Origin: the human T2T-CHM13v2.0 reference genome, Homo sapiens
Length of the DNA: 64,000 nt
Assembly: GCF_009914755.1 (NCBI RefSeq)
Contig: NC_060943.1
Reading direction: 5' to 3' (one strand)
Position numbers and translations under genes: made by a program
Notes under the pieces: generated by a model
The model's database searches: none
Told to the model about the DNA's origin: nothing
Seen by the model: only the letters and a program-made list of their open reading frames with translations
Shown here: positions 1-38,381 of the stretch, in pieces
Position numbering within the stretch: the first letter of the stretch is position 1
How the letters are laid out: each line of letters opens with the position of its first letter

Positions 1-66
1 TTCCATAGCTTTGCTATTATGAATACTGCTACAATAAACATACAAGTGTAGGTGTCCTTTTTATAA

Positions 67-381
<315 letters not shown>

Positions 382-2026
382 TAATCCTTGCCTAAAATGA
401 TTTCTTTCTTTTGCTGTGAAGAAACTCTTTTAGTTTAAGTCCCATTTGTCTATTTTTTGTTTTATTGCATTTGTTTTTGAGGACTTCATCATAAATTCTT
501 TGCCTAGGCCTGTGTCCAAAAGAATTTTTCCTAGGTTTTCTTCTAAAATTTTTATAGTTTCAGGTCTTAGATTTAGGTCTTTAATCCATCTTGAGTTCAT
601 CTTTGTATATGGTGAGAAATACCAGTCCAGTTTCATTCTTCAGCAAATGATTATCCAATCTTCCCAGAAATATTTATTGAATAGGATGTCCTTTCCCCAG
701 TGTATATTTTTGCTGACTTTGTCAAAGATTAGTTGGTTGTAGGTAGGTGGCTTTATTTTGGGTTTTCTATTCTGTTCCATTGATATATGTGTCTATTTTT
801 ATACCAGTACAATGCTGTTTTGGTTACTATAGGCTTGAAGTATAATTTGAAGTCAGGTAATGTAATGCCTCCAGCTTTGTTCTTTTTGCTTGGAATTGCT
901 TAAACTATTTGGGCTCTTTTCTGATTCTATATGAATTTTAGGATTGTTTTTTCTAATTCTGTGAAAAACGACGGTGTTTTGATAGAGATTGCATTCAATC
1001 TATAGATTGCTTTGGACTGTATGTTCATGTTAATGATGCTGATTCCTCAAATCCATGAGCATGGGATATTTTTCCATTTGTTTATGTCATCTACAATTTC
1101 TTTCATTGGTGTTTTGTAGGTCTTCTTATAGAGATCTTTCACCTCCCTGGTTAAATATATTCTTATGTATTTTATTTTCTTTGTAGCTATTGCAAATGTA
1201 TTGCCTCCTTGATTTGGTCCTTGGCTAGATCGTTACCGGTATGTGGAAATGCAACTGATTTTTGTACATTAATTTTGTATCCTAAAACTTTACTGAATTC
1301 ATTTCTCAAATCTAAGAGTTGTTTTTAGAGTCCTTAGGGTTTTCTAGGCATAAGATCATATCATCAGCAAACAGGGATAATTTGACTTCCTCTTTTCTAA
1401 TTTGGATGCCCTCCATTTGTGTCTCTTGCCTGACTGCTCTGGCTAGGACTTCCAGTACTCTGTTGAATAAGAGTGGTGAAAGTGGCATTCTTGTCTTCTT
1501 CTAGTTCTTAAAGAGAATGCTTTCATCTTTTCACCGTTAAATGTTATGTTTGCTGTGGGCTTGTCATATGTAGCCTTTATTATGTTGAGGTATGTTGCTT
1601 CTAGGCCTGGTTTGTTGAGGATTTTTATCATGAAGAAATGCTGATTTTTATTGAATACTTTTTCTGCACCTATTGAGATAATCATATGGCTTTTGTCCTT
1701 CATTTTGTTGATGGAATGTATCACGTTATGGATTTGCATATGTTGAACCATTCTTGGATCCCCAGGTTAAATCCGACCCAATCATGGTGTATGATCTTTT
1801 TGATGTGCTGTTGGATTTGATTTGCTAGTATTTTGCTGAGGCTTTTTGTATCTATGTGATTCAGGGATATTGATCTGTAGTTTTCTTTTTTGTTGTGTTC
1901 TTGTCTGATTTTGTTATCAGGATGATACTGGCCTCGTAGAATCAGTTAGGGAGAATTCCCTCCTCCTCAATTTTTTGGAATAGTTTTACAAGGATTGGTA
2001 TTAGTTCTTCTTTGTATACTTGGTAG

Positions 2027-2387
<361 letters not shown>

Positions 2388-2808
2388 TGATTCAATCTTG
2401 CTATTCATTATTGATCTGTTCAAGAGTTCTACTTCCTGGTTCAATCTTGATAGACTGTAACTGTCCAGAAATTTATTCATTTCCTCTAGGTTTTCTAGTT
2501 TGTGAGGCTATAGCTGTTCATAATAGTCTCTCATGATGTTTTGTGCTTCTATCCTATCAGTTGTAATGTCCCATTCTTCATTTCTGATTGTTTTTATTTT
2601 TATTTTCTCTTCTTTCCTGGGTTAGTCTAGCTAGTGGTTCATTAATTTTAACTTTTTGAAGATCCAACTTTTGTTTTGTTGATCTTTTTTATTGTTTTCG
2701 TGGTTTCTATTTCATTTAGTTCTGCTCTGATCTTTGTTATTTCTTTGGCTAACTTTGGGTTTGATTTGTTCTTTTTCCAGTTCCTTGAGGTGTGACATTG
2801 GTCGATAA

Positions 2809-3105
<297 letters not shown>

Positions 3106-3550
3106 CTTTCTACTTTTTTGATGTAGGCATTCAGTGCTATAAACTTCCCTATTAGTACTGCTTTTGCTGTATCCCACAGACTTTTGTGTTGTGTTTTCAT
3201 TTTTATTCATTTCAAACTTTTTTTAAATTTCCAGCTTAATTTCTTTGCTGACCTGGTGATCTTTCAAGAGCATGCTGTTTAATGCCCATGTATTTATACC
3301 ATTTCCAAAGTTCCTCCTAGTATTGATGGAATGGAATCCTTTTCTAGCTTTATCCACTGTGGTCTGAGATGATACTTGATATAATTTTGATTTTTAGAAA
3401 ATTTGTTAAGGTATGTTTCATGGCTTAATATATGGTCTATCTTGGAGAATATATCATGTGCTGATGAAAAGAGTGTATATTCTGTAGTTGTTGGGTAAAA
3501 TGTTTTATAAGTGTCTGTTGAGTCCATTGGGTTAAAGTCCAATTTAAGTC

Positions 3551-3956
3551 TGTATTTGTCCATTTTTGCATCACTATAAAGGAACACCCAAGCCTCGGTA
3601 ATTTATAAAGAAAAGTGGTTTAATCAGCTCACAGTTCTGCAGGCAGAACATGAAGCATGGCACTGGCATCTGCTACTGATAAGGGTCTCAGGAAGCTTAC
3701 AATCATGGTGGAAGGCAATGGAGGAGCCAGTGTATCACACTGGCAAGAGATGGAAGGGGGTGGTCCCAGGCTCTTTTAAACAACCAGATCTCATTTAAAC
3801 TGAGTGAGAACCCACTCATCACCAAGGGGATGGCACTAAGCCATTCATGAGGGATCTGCCCCTATGATCTGATACCTCCCTCTAGGCCCTACCTCCAACA
3901 TAGGGGATCACATGTCCACATAAGATATGGAGGGGACACACATCCAAAGCATATGA
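3551..3956 (+). mobile_element. MaLR solo LTR (MSTA/MSTB-like) inserted in the L1
   Basis: TGTATT...ggtaatttataaagaaaa...aatcatggtggaaggc...aaacaaccagatctc...catccaaagcatatga; 5-bp TSD-like AAGTC/AAGGC. Confidence 0.8.
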
Positions 3957-4353
3957 AAGGCTAATGTTTCTTTGCTAATTTTGTCTCTCAATGATCTGTT
4001 TAGTGTATGAGTGGGATATTGAAGCTCCCCACTGTTATTGTATTCTGTATATCTCATTCTTTAGGTCTAGTTGTATTTGTTTGTAAATTTAGGGGTTGTG
4101 ATGTTCGGTGCGTATATATTCAGCACTGTTATATTCTCTTGCTAAATTGATCCCTTTATCATTATATAATGACCTTCTTTGTTTTGTTTTTATTTTTAAT
4201 GTTTTTTATTTAAAATCTGTTTTAACTGGTATAAGATATAGCTATTCCTGCTTGTTTGGTTTTTGTTTGCATGGAATAGCTTTTTCCATCTATGTACTTT
4301 CAGTCTATATGTGTCTTTACAGGTAAAGTGAGTTTCTTATAGGCAGCATATAG

Positions 4354-4666
<313 letters not shown>

Positions 4667-7600
4667 TAAAGTATTCCGCCAATACATATCTTGTAAGTGA
4701 AGCATTTAATCCATTTATTCAAGGTTAATATTGATATGCAAGGCTTTATTCTTGTCATATTGTTAATTGTTTTTAAGTTGTTTTATGTGATAAATTATTT
4801 GTTTCTTTCTTTTTCTCTTTTTGTCATTGTGGTTTGATGAGATTCTCCCATGTTGCCATTTGATTCTTTTCTCTTCCTCATGTATGAGGTTGTTTTTATA
4901 AGAAATGTGAGTTTTATTTTTCTGTGTGTTTTCATGACGCTGAGTGTTGACCTTTCATTTCCATATTTAAGACCCATTTGAGCATCTCCCATAGGAACAG
5001 GCTAGTGTTGACAAGTTTACTCACCATTTGCTTCTCTAGAAAAGATTTTATTTCTCCTTCATTTATGAAGCTTATTCTGCCAGAACATAAAATTTTTGGC
5101 TGACAGTACTTTTCTTTCAGCAGTTGGAAATGCCATTCTCTTCTTTTCTAGCCTGTAAGGTTTCCACTGAAAAGTCTGCTGTTAGTCTGATGAGTTTTCT
5201 TAATAGGTAACTAGATGCTTTTCTCTTGCTAATTTTAAAATTCTTTCTTTCTTCTTGACTTTAGACTTTCTAAATGTACTATTATGTGAAGTTCTTTTTG
5301 CAATGTATTTGCTGGGGCTCTGTAGCTGGATGTCTAACTCTCTTGCTAGATGTGGAAGTTTTCATCAATTACTTCCTAAAAATAGGTGTTCTAATTTTTT
5401 AAAATCTCTCTTCCCCCTTGGAAATACCAAAAATGCATAAGTTTGGTCACACTATGTAGTCCCAGATATCTCAAAGTCTTTGATGATTCTTTTTTATTTA
5501 TTTTTCTTTATTTTGTCAGACAGGACATTTCAAAAGACCTGTCTTCAAGTTCTTAGATTCTTTTTTTTTCTTCTAATTTTAGAGATAGGGTTTCACTATG
5601 TTGCCCAAACTGGCCTTGAACTCTGACCTCAAGGAATCCACCTACCTTGGTCTTCCAAAGTGCTGGGATTACAGGCATGAGCCACTGCACCCAGCCATGT
5701 TCTGAGGTTCTTTCTTCTGCTTGGTCCAGTCTACTATTGAAGCTTTTGAATATATTCTGTATTCCCTTCATTGAATTTTTTTAGTTCAAGAGTTTCTGCT
5801 TGTTTTTTTTTTTAAGTTATTTATCTAGGTAAATTTCTCATTCATTTCCTGGACTGATTTTCTAATTCTTTGTATTGATTTTCAAATTTCTCTTGCATCT
5901 TGTAGGGCTTTATAAAATCAGTATTTTGAATTCTTTATCTGGCATATTGAGGGATTCTTTTTGATTGGGATCTGTTGCTGGACAATTGTGGTCCTTTGAT
6001 GATGTCACATTTTTCTCCTTTTTCATGTTTCCTGTGTCCTTTCATTGATATCTGCAAATCTTGTGTAGCAGTAGCTTGTTCAAGTTTTTTTAATTGCCCT
6101 GTAGGAGAAAATTTTTTTCCTGAAAAATGTATGCATGTTGTTAGTTGAGTAGGATACTTTGGCTTTGATTCTGGGTGCCTATGGTAGTGTGATCTTAGTA
6201 TGACTTCATAGGCAGTACCCAGGGTCACTGGTATCTTTGATTTCCTTGGTAGCTTAGAGTACAGTTATTACTTGAGATCGAGGAGAAATTTAGCTGGGTG
6301 GTGGATGCCAACTGAGCCCATCTTTGGGCCCTGGTGGTGGCAGCAGCTTGGAGAGTATGGCTGAGCCCCAGAGCAGTCTACTGGCTTTGGTATTAGTGAG
6401 TCCTGGGAGGCTGATTCTTGAGCTTCCTAGTGGCTTGCTTAGAGGAGTCATGGGAGTTGGGGGACAGGGATGTGGGCAAGTTCTCAGGCCCCTGGGAAGC
6501 ACAACCTGGTGTGATATGGGTGATGGCAGTAGTGGTGGTGGAGCAATCCACTAGGACCCAGGCAGTCCATGTTGGTGTTGCTGGTAGATGCAATGGGTTG
6601 GGTGGGCTACTCCCCAGTCCCACAGCATCCTGTAGCAGGGTAGTGGTATTGACCTAAGTGTGCTTAGGAGAGCTTGTTCTCCCCTGTGCCTCCCCCATCT
6701 GGGTGGCGGCTACAGTGGCATCACCTCAGACTTGGCAAAAAGGGGGACAGAGCCCAACATTAAACTCTTATGATTGTGCCAGCTGTGGGCTTGTGACCAA
6801 AGAGGACAGGCCCCTCTCTGGTAAGCAGTATGGACAAGAAGTTGTGGGGAGTGGGGTCTGCTCAAGTCTCCCTGTCACAGCAGCCCATAGCAGGGTCGGG
6901 GAAATTGTCCCAGGTATATGTAAAGGAGCTTTGTTTCCCTGTCCCTCCTTGGCCAGGTGGTGGCTGCAGCCAGGTCAACTCAAACTGGGCCTGAGGGCAG
7001 GGCATGGCACAGTATTAAACTCTCAAAATGGTTCCTTGGGCCTGCAACCAGGGTAAGAAGCTGTGGGGAATGTGGTTCACTCACATCTCAGTCTCAACAG
7101 CAGCCCGCAGCAAGGCAGAAAGGACCCTCCCATGGGTGCCTGGGAGTGCTGGGTCTCCTCTATACTTACTTGAAGCAGCACAGCAGCAGCAACCATTTCT
7201 ATAGATCTCCAGTATCCAGGTTCTCAAAACAGCACTCAGCTGAGGCTGCTCTAGGCTCAAATGGGATTCCATGTGGGTTCCATTTTCCAGGGCAATGTCT
7301 CTGCACAATCTTTAGGGAGCTCCGTATGTCAGGCCCAAGACCCAAGTGGGTTGAGGGTTTCTACCATAGCCAAGATCATAAAAGCCCATTTCAAAGTGTG
7401 GAGCCCTGGGAGTTTCTCTCTTATAATTTCCCCTCATCCAGGAGCCACTCTCAGCTTTCAGTCAATCCCCTCTCCTTACTCACTTCCTGTGCTTCCCTTC
7501 TTTTCTCTGTTGAATCCCTTCTCTTCTCTGATGAATTCCAGCATTCTCTCCTAGATAATCTGTTTAAAATGGAGTTCCTCTCCACGAAGAAGGCCATGCT

Positions 7601-8114
7601 ACCTGCATCTGGTCAGCCATCTTGATCACCTTTCTACATTTAAAGAGACACAGCATGTTAAAAAAAAAAAAAAAATTAGTTCCCTTACGAATTGTTGTTT
7701 ACCTAGCCCTCCCTGTCAAGAAGTGGTCTGCATTTTAAAGGATTTTAATAAGATGAAAAATATTCTAGAATAAATTTGCAGTGACCCCATCTCCCATTCT
7801 TCCTGTGGTAAGGAAGACCAAAAGCTATTTTTTTTCTTTTTTCTTTTCTTTTCTTTTTTTTTTTCTAAAGGAAACCCCTTTCTCCTAACTCCCTTCAGAA
7901 TCTGCTGCTTTTTTTCACCCCCCAGTGATTTCAGGGAATTGGGTTGTTAAAAATGTTTTCTTCAGAGTTAATAGTTTTTATTCACGGGATGCTTGCTCCA
8001 AAAGAAGCTACTCAACCATTACCAGAAGAAACTCTTCATCAGTGCACTTGGCAGCTGACATCTTCGTCCTCTTAAAAAATAAAAATAAAAATAAAAATTT
8101 TTTAAAGTTGTTCA

Positions 8115-8513
<399 letters not shown>

Positions 8514-8938
8514 TCAGAAAAAAAGAATCTTGACTTTCTTCTCTTCTTTGACCTCCTTTACTCTATTTCAGCCAACATTCCCATAGCCCCACCCTAATCC
8601 TTGTCATCACTCTGAAATGTGAAACACAGACATTTCACTCTCTGACCACAACCACTAATACCCCAACTCCCCCACTGCTTCATTGACAATGGCCTGAGGG
8701 GTATACTGGCCAACTAGGTCGTTGGTTAAGGTTCCGAAGAGTGCAAACACTATAGAAGGTCAAGTCTCCCTCCTATTAAAAGACTTTTTTTCTAACATTT
8801 TGAAAACTTTTGTTACATGTTTACAAGGAAGTATTTGAAGAAGAGATTACAGGCAGTTTTTCTAATATTTCATAAAGAAAAACAGGTGGGGCCTGGCAGT
8901 CCAAAGTGGTGATTAACAGCATGAAATTTACTTTCACA

Positions 8939-9322
<384 letters not shown>

Positions 9323-12154
9323 CTACCCTCATTAGCTGTGGAATGCGGAAGCAAGTCACTTACAACCAACTTTGGGGGCCTTACCTAACTCATTTGCAAA
9401 ATGGAGATGATAAAGCCAACCTCACAGTCTTGCAATGAGGAGTTTAACTAAGATTATGCTCATAAAAAGCTTCCCACAGTTCTGGGGTTTTCTTCAAGCG
9501 GATAAATGGAGCTGGGCTAGGACTGTTTTAATCCAAACACAGATGAGCACAGGAAAATATCAGATGTTGACATGTATGCAACATGGCCCACAAGCCTGCA
9601 TACAGACACCAGAATGCACACATGAGAACATCCACATACTTATATGTAGTCACCCAATTGTGAATGCATACATACAAACATGAATATGCGGCATTCATCT
9701 TGTTTTACACAGAAATGCACATCATAGACACCCCTAAATCATGTGTGCACACATGCTGTATGCAGAGACAGACACATAGATTGGCAAGCATTGAGAAACA
9801 GTGGCACACCCTGTCAGGCACACACACACATGTGCATGTGCAGACATAAGTTGGAATGGATACCCATTATCAAGCACAAACATACACCCCACAAAGCCTG
9901 GTGCACACATAAATTCATGTATCAACATGGACATACAGAAACATACATGCACATAGACACTACCAGAATGACACACAGACAGTTGAATAAATGAGGATAA
10001 ACATGGCAGAGGCATCCAGGAGAACTCACTGGACAAAATGGCACAAAATACAAAGATGCAGGAGCACACAGGGTGATTGAGGGAAACATTGACTTGCAGG
10101 GAAGGAGAAAGAGAAGATAGAAAGACAGGATCCAAGACAACGGTAGACAGACAGGTGGGCAAAGTCCTGTGCAGGGCTCCAGGGCCAACCAGAATAACCT
10201 GAGAGTCTAATGCTGGCCTGTCCTTCCACAGATACTGCCTAACTCAGCACCACACTCCAGGAGGCCATGAAGGATTAATTTCCTATTCACAGCTCCATGG
10301 AGTAAAGCTTGGCTGTGCTGAGGAAGGGGTGGGGAAAGAGGTTCCCAAAGACTCTGTCCTTTTCCTCCTTCCCAAAGGAAAAGATCTGTGAGCTTTAGAC
10401 TAGAGAATGTAAAAGCAAGGAATGTGTTTAGGGAACATCTTATCCATCCGCTTCATCGTACAGAGGAAAGAGAACAACTGCTATTCATTGAGCACTTACT
10501 GCCATGTACCTCACCTGCATTAACACATATACTTCTCCCCTAAATAGCTGAAGAGGTAAGAGCTGTTCTTGGCTCCATAAGGCTCAGAGATAAAGTCAGC
10601 TATTCAAGGCCACACAACAAAGAAGGGATAAGGTTAGGATTCCAATCCAGGCCTTAATCATTGCACCATCCATCCAGAAAAGGAAACTGAGGCCAAGCAA
10701 AGGAAAGGGATCTTCCTGGGTTTTCCACTAACTCACTCTGAAAGGCTGTACCCAAGACACTGCCCACTGGGACAAGTCCCTCCCACATGATTTCAGACAC
10801 CATTCTCTCACTCCATGCTCCAGGGTAATCAACAAGTCCAAAATTGATTGACCTCTATGTCCACAAACACTAGAGTTCTCCAAACCTGTCTCTCCCCACC
10901 CCCTCCCTGGCCAGATCATGGCAACCTGCTGATCACTCAGTGCACTTCCTAGTGCCAACCTCACTGAGAAACAAAGTTCCCGAATTTCTATCTCCCACCT
11001 TTTTAAGGAACTAGAAGGAAAAGGAGGAGCCCAGGCTTAGGGCCAGCCCAGGTGCAGGCTGGTGACCAGGATTAGAGGGATTGATATCTGCCAAGCTGGT
11101 GCTAATCCTCCTTCCCACCTCTTCCCCTCCAAAATCAACAAACAACTTTCCTCTGTCCCCTTTGTTCTCTGATCTTTGTTCCCTCCACACAGGTCTCAGA
11201 GCTCAGCATCCTAGAACACTTTGAGCAAGATGTCAGTCCTGGGGGGGCCAACCTCACCCACCTCCACTTGTCCACAGTTGGTGACCCAGAGGAGAGGTGC
11301 AACAGTGGAAGGTCCAAACATCAGAGCCTGTCCTGTGCCCATCTGGAGCCCCTCTCAGGGTCTGGCTGAGGCTCATCTCAGACCCACATAGGACCAATAT
11401 CAACACCTGCCTCATGCTCATGTCAGAGCCCACTGGGACCAACCTCAGACCCTATATGGTGCCACTCTTATGCCCTCCTGAAGCAGGACTCTCTTATGCC
11501 CTCAATGACACCTGAGACAACACACAGAGCCCTCTTGGCACCAAACATGACTTCAATATTCTCCTGGTGTCAAGTTCAGTGCCAACTTGTTTCCCATCCT
11601 CGCATACACCTGGGGGCAGTCCCAAAGCCAACACGATGCCTTTCCCTCCCTGGACACACCTGATGCTGATATCAGAACCCGCCAATGTCATCAGTGTGTC
11701 CACTGCTGATGCCAGTCCCAGCACTCACCTCCTGCTAAGCCTGGCCTGCACTTGACTCCCAGGGTGATCTAGGCCAGTCAATGAAGGGGGGCGAGGAGAA
11801 AGTTCACATCCCAGCTCCCTCACTTACTCCCTGTGTGACCTCACTCAAGAGGATTTATGGAGTCTAGATCTGCTCATCTTCAAAATGAGGATGATCATGA
11901 TGAACCAACCTCACTGTTACAAAGATTCAACCAGATCATACACACCTAGACTTAATCTTCCCATATATGACCATGCTCACCAAAGGGTAACTGTCCTGTT
12001 TACTAAGGAAGAATTTCCTTGAGGGAAGGACAGGAGGGCTACTCATCCCTTCTCCACTCACACCCACCCCAGGATCTGCCTCTGTGCCTAATACTGGAGT
12101 TTACCCCAATCTCTTCTGCGATTGTTCCCTCTGCCTACTAATAGTAGTAGCCCC

Positions 12155-12164
12155 TGACAAAGCA
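12155..12164 (+). promoter_or_regulatory. Antioxidant response element (ARE)-like site
   Basis: TGACAAAGCA matches TGACnnnGCA, ~1.2 kb upstream of the ATG. Confidence 0.45.
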
Positions 12165-13219
12165 GGAATCGCCCTTAAAGGAGACTTAACTCACCCTCAA
12201 ACGTGGTCTTCTCTTCCCAAACACTCCCTTTCCACTGGCAGGAAAACCAAATCCAGAAAGTGGAACTAAAGACGCAGAGCAAGAGAGATGGGAGTTCAGG
12301 GCCACTCACACATGTCCCCTGCCCACTGTCTGTTTTCTGTCCTCTGTAGATCTTTATATAAAATGAGAAACATAAATAACAATCATAGTATTAATAGGGA
12401 TGATACAATCAATCTAGTGGGTTTCCCTAAGAATCTGGGTTGGAAACCAGTGGAGTTCTTCGTAAATTACAACCCTTGGGACACTTGAGATTTTTCCAGC
12501 ATTTGAGGGTTGTTATTACTATTTCTCCAGACCTAGCCAATCCCCTCTGCCAACTGGTAACATGAGGTACTCTTCTCCACGTGTGGGGAAAGTTCCTCTG
12601 AAATATGGCTCTCGTCTTCTGCCCCTTTCCCAGCCAGAGATGGGCAGCGGAGGTTCTATGGCACCCATCCTGGCCTCACTCTGAGGTTCCAATGAGGATT
12701 CTGGGCATCAAGAGACAGCTCTGGGTCAAAGCAAAATCAAGTCAGTCCCTGGGCCCAGTGCTGGGCTGCTGGGCTTTCTGGGAGCACCTGCTGGGCTTGC
12801 TACACACTCCACCTCCCAGAAACTCCACACCCACAGCCCTGGGTCTTCCTAGCCCCAAGACTTTCAAGTCCATATGCCTGGAATCCCCCGTCCTGAGACC
12901 CTTAACCCTGCATCCTCCACAACAGAAGACCCCCAGATGCACAGCCACACTTCCATCTCACCCTAGTAAAACCCAGACCTTTGGATTCCTCTCCCGTGGA
13001 ATGCCCAAATCCACAACTTTGGGGTGCATTCTCACTCCCAGATCCCAAATCCAAAGTCCAGGTGCTCCCCTGTGCAAATATTCCAAACTCCTCAGTTCCA
13101 CAGTTTATCTGTTGCCCGCTCCTAAATCCACAGCCCTGCAGCAACCCTCCTGAAGTACCAGATTTAGTCTGGAGTTCCCCTCCCTGTTCAGCTTCCCTGG
13201 GGTCCCTCTCCTCCTCCCT

Positions 13220-13237
13220 TGCTGGCTGTGTCCTAAG
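13220..13237 (+). promoter_or_regulatory. NFI-like element in CYP2A13 promoter
   Basis: CTGGC-TGTGT-CCTAA resembles TTGGC(N5)GCCAA; positionally equivalent to the NFI-type nasal element described for CYP2A genes. Confidence 0.5.
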
Positions 13238-13283
13238 CTGTGTGGGATTCAGGGTTGGGGTGTAGTTGGGAGGTGAAATGAGG

Positions 13284-13308
13284 TGATTATATAATCAACC
13301 AAAGTCCA
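13284..13308 (+). promoter_or_regulatory. Proximal C/EBP or PAR-bZIP-like palindrome plus HNF4-type DR1-like site
   Basis: TGATTATATAATCA (perfect palindrome, 13284-13297) overlapping CAACCAAAGTCCA (HNF4 CAAAGTCCA core). Confidence 0.6.
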
Positions 13309-13326
13309 TCCCTCTTTTTCAGGCAG

Positions 13327-13332
13327 TATAAA
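13327..13332 (+). promoter_or_regulatory. CYP2A13 TATA box
   Basis: TATAAA 45-50 nt upstream of the ATG, same position as in CYP2A6/2A7 promoters. Confidence 0.85.
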
Positions 13333-13376
13333 GGCAAACCACCCCAGCCATCACCATCTATCATCCCACTGCCACC

Positions 13377-20830
<7,454 letters not shown>

Positions 20831-21894
20831 GCGAGGGCTGTGCTGGTGCAGGGCTGGTGGGCGGGGCCAGGGAAACGGCCGGGGCAGGGGCGGGGCTTGT
20901 GGGAGGGGCGGGGCTAAGAATGGGGGCAGTGGGGGAAGGAAGGGGAGAGGTGGTTAGAGGGAACAGAAGAAACAGAAGGGGCTCAGTTCACCTTGATGAT
21001 GTCCTTCAGAGCTGTGATGAGAGGAAGGGAAACCTTACAGTATGCTACAAAGAGTAGTAATAATAGCAGCTCTTATTTCCTGAACAAGTACCTCCGTGTC
21101 AGCTTTGTTCAAAAAGCGTTGCACGCTCACCTCACTTAATTGCCACAAACCTCTACGAAGGGGAAAAGCGTTCATGCCCATTTTACACGTGACAAAGCTG
21201 CGGCTCAGAAAGTTGTCTCTATCTGATTTCTCACAAAACGTAAGTGCCCAGAAAATCTTTGAACACAGATCTGTGCCCATAGCCCTCTAGATAGATTCTT
21301 AAAAAGCACCCCTTCCTCACGTAAAATAGCTTAGTATAGCATCACATGGCCTGAACATCCCTGTCCTGGGGGGTTTTCCAGAGACCTGGCGGGCGGCTGT
21401 CCTGCCTTCTCTGCACACTTTCCTACTCGGCACGCTTTGAACACCAGGGTGTAATCTGAGCTCGCTACCAGGTAAGGCCACTGTGGCCCAATCAGAGTCA
21501 GTCTAGGACACAACGAGACATGAATGGACATACAGAGTCAGTCCATTGACAATTCCTTTGCAGAGCAGAAGTTTTTAATTTTAATGACATTCTGTCATTG
21601 TATCTCTTAATGAAGAAGTTGAAGGAGAGAACCACTTTAATGCCGGGAGAACTCTGGATCAGGACATACCATACGCATGTTTGTGATCATGTGCAGGCAT
21701 GCATGTGAGCATATGACTGCATATTCTCCTCCGTGTATGCATGAAACACATTCCACTATGGGTTTCTGAAGGTGGGGCTCTCCTGATGGATCTGGGGTCT
21801 GTTGTAAGACCCAGCTAAGAGTTTCACAATCACCTGCCCACTCTCAAAGACGTTAGTGTGTGTCCCCCTTAGAAGCTCCCTTACAGCATTCACG

Positions 21895-23422
<1,528 letters not shown>

Positions 23423-23427
23423 TTCCA

Positions 23428-31068
<7,641 letters not shown>

Positions 31069-31084
31069 GATCGAGAATTAGAGT

Positions 31085-31305
31085 TACATAAGAGGAGTAA
31101 GTTCAAGAGATCTACTGTACAGCATGGTAACTATAGTTAATGATGATATATCGTATTTTTGGAAAATGCAAAGAGAGTGGACATTGAGTTCACACTACAC
31201 AAATGACAATTATGTGAGATAATGCATTTGTTAATTGGATAAATTTAACTATTTCACAATACTTATACTTCAAAACATCATGTTGCACACAATACAATAA
31301 ATACA
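31085..31305 (+). mobile_element. L1MA-type 3' UTR fragment
   Basis: aagttcaagagatctactgtacagcatggtaactatagttaat...caaaacatcatgttg. Confidence 0.65.
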
Positions 31306-31446
31306 TTTTTTTGAGATAGGTCTTGCTCTGTTGCCCAGGCTGGAATGCAGTGCTACCATCATGGCTCACTGCAGCCTCGACCTCCCAGGCTCAAGTTATC
31401 CCCCCACTTAAACCCTCAAGTAGCTGGAACTACAGGTGTATATTCA

Positions 31447-32127
<681 letters not shown>

Positions 32128-32306
32128 TGAGATTCATTTTTAAATACTCAAGTTAAAAAGGGGAGATGGAGGTGGAAGAAGACATGAAACAAGATTGTTT
32201 GTGTGTTGAAAACCTCTGGGTGATGTGTACATGGATCCTATTTTCTCTCCTTTTTTTTTTTTTTTTTTGGACAGAGACTTCCTCTGTCATCCAGGCTGTC
32301 ATGTCA

Positions 32307-38381
<6,075 letters not shown>

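Noticed and set aside
6290-7625. GC-richer block with 130-220 aa ORFs
   Set aside because: Lies within the 5' UTR of the old antisense L1; no protein similarity recognised.
8700-8770. Cluster of nuclear-receptor half-sites (AGGTCA at 8757, DR4-like GGTTCC-N4-AGTGCA)
   Set aside because: Matches too degenerate to support a PXR/CAR element from sequence alone.
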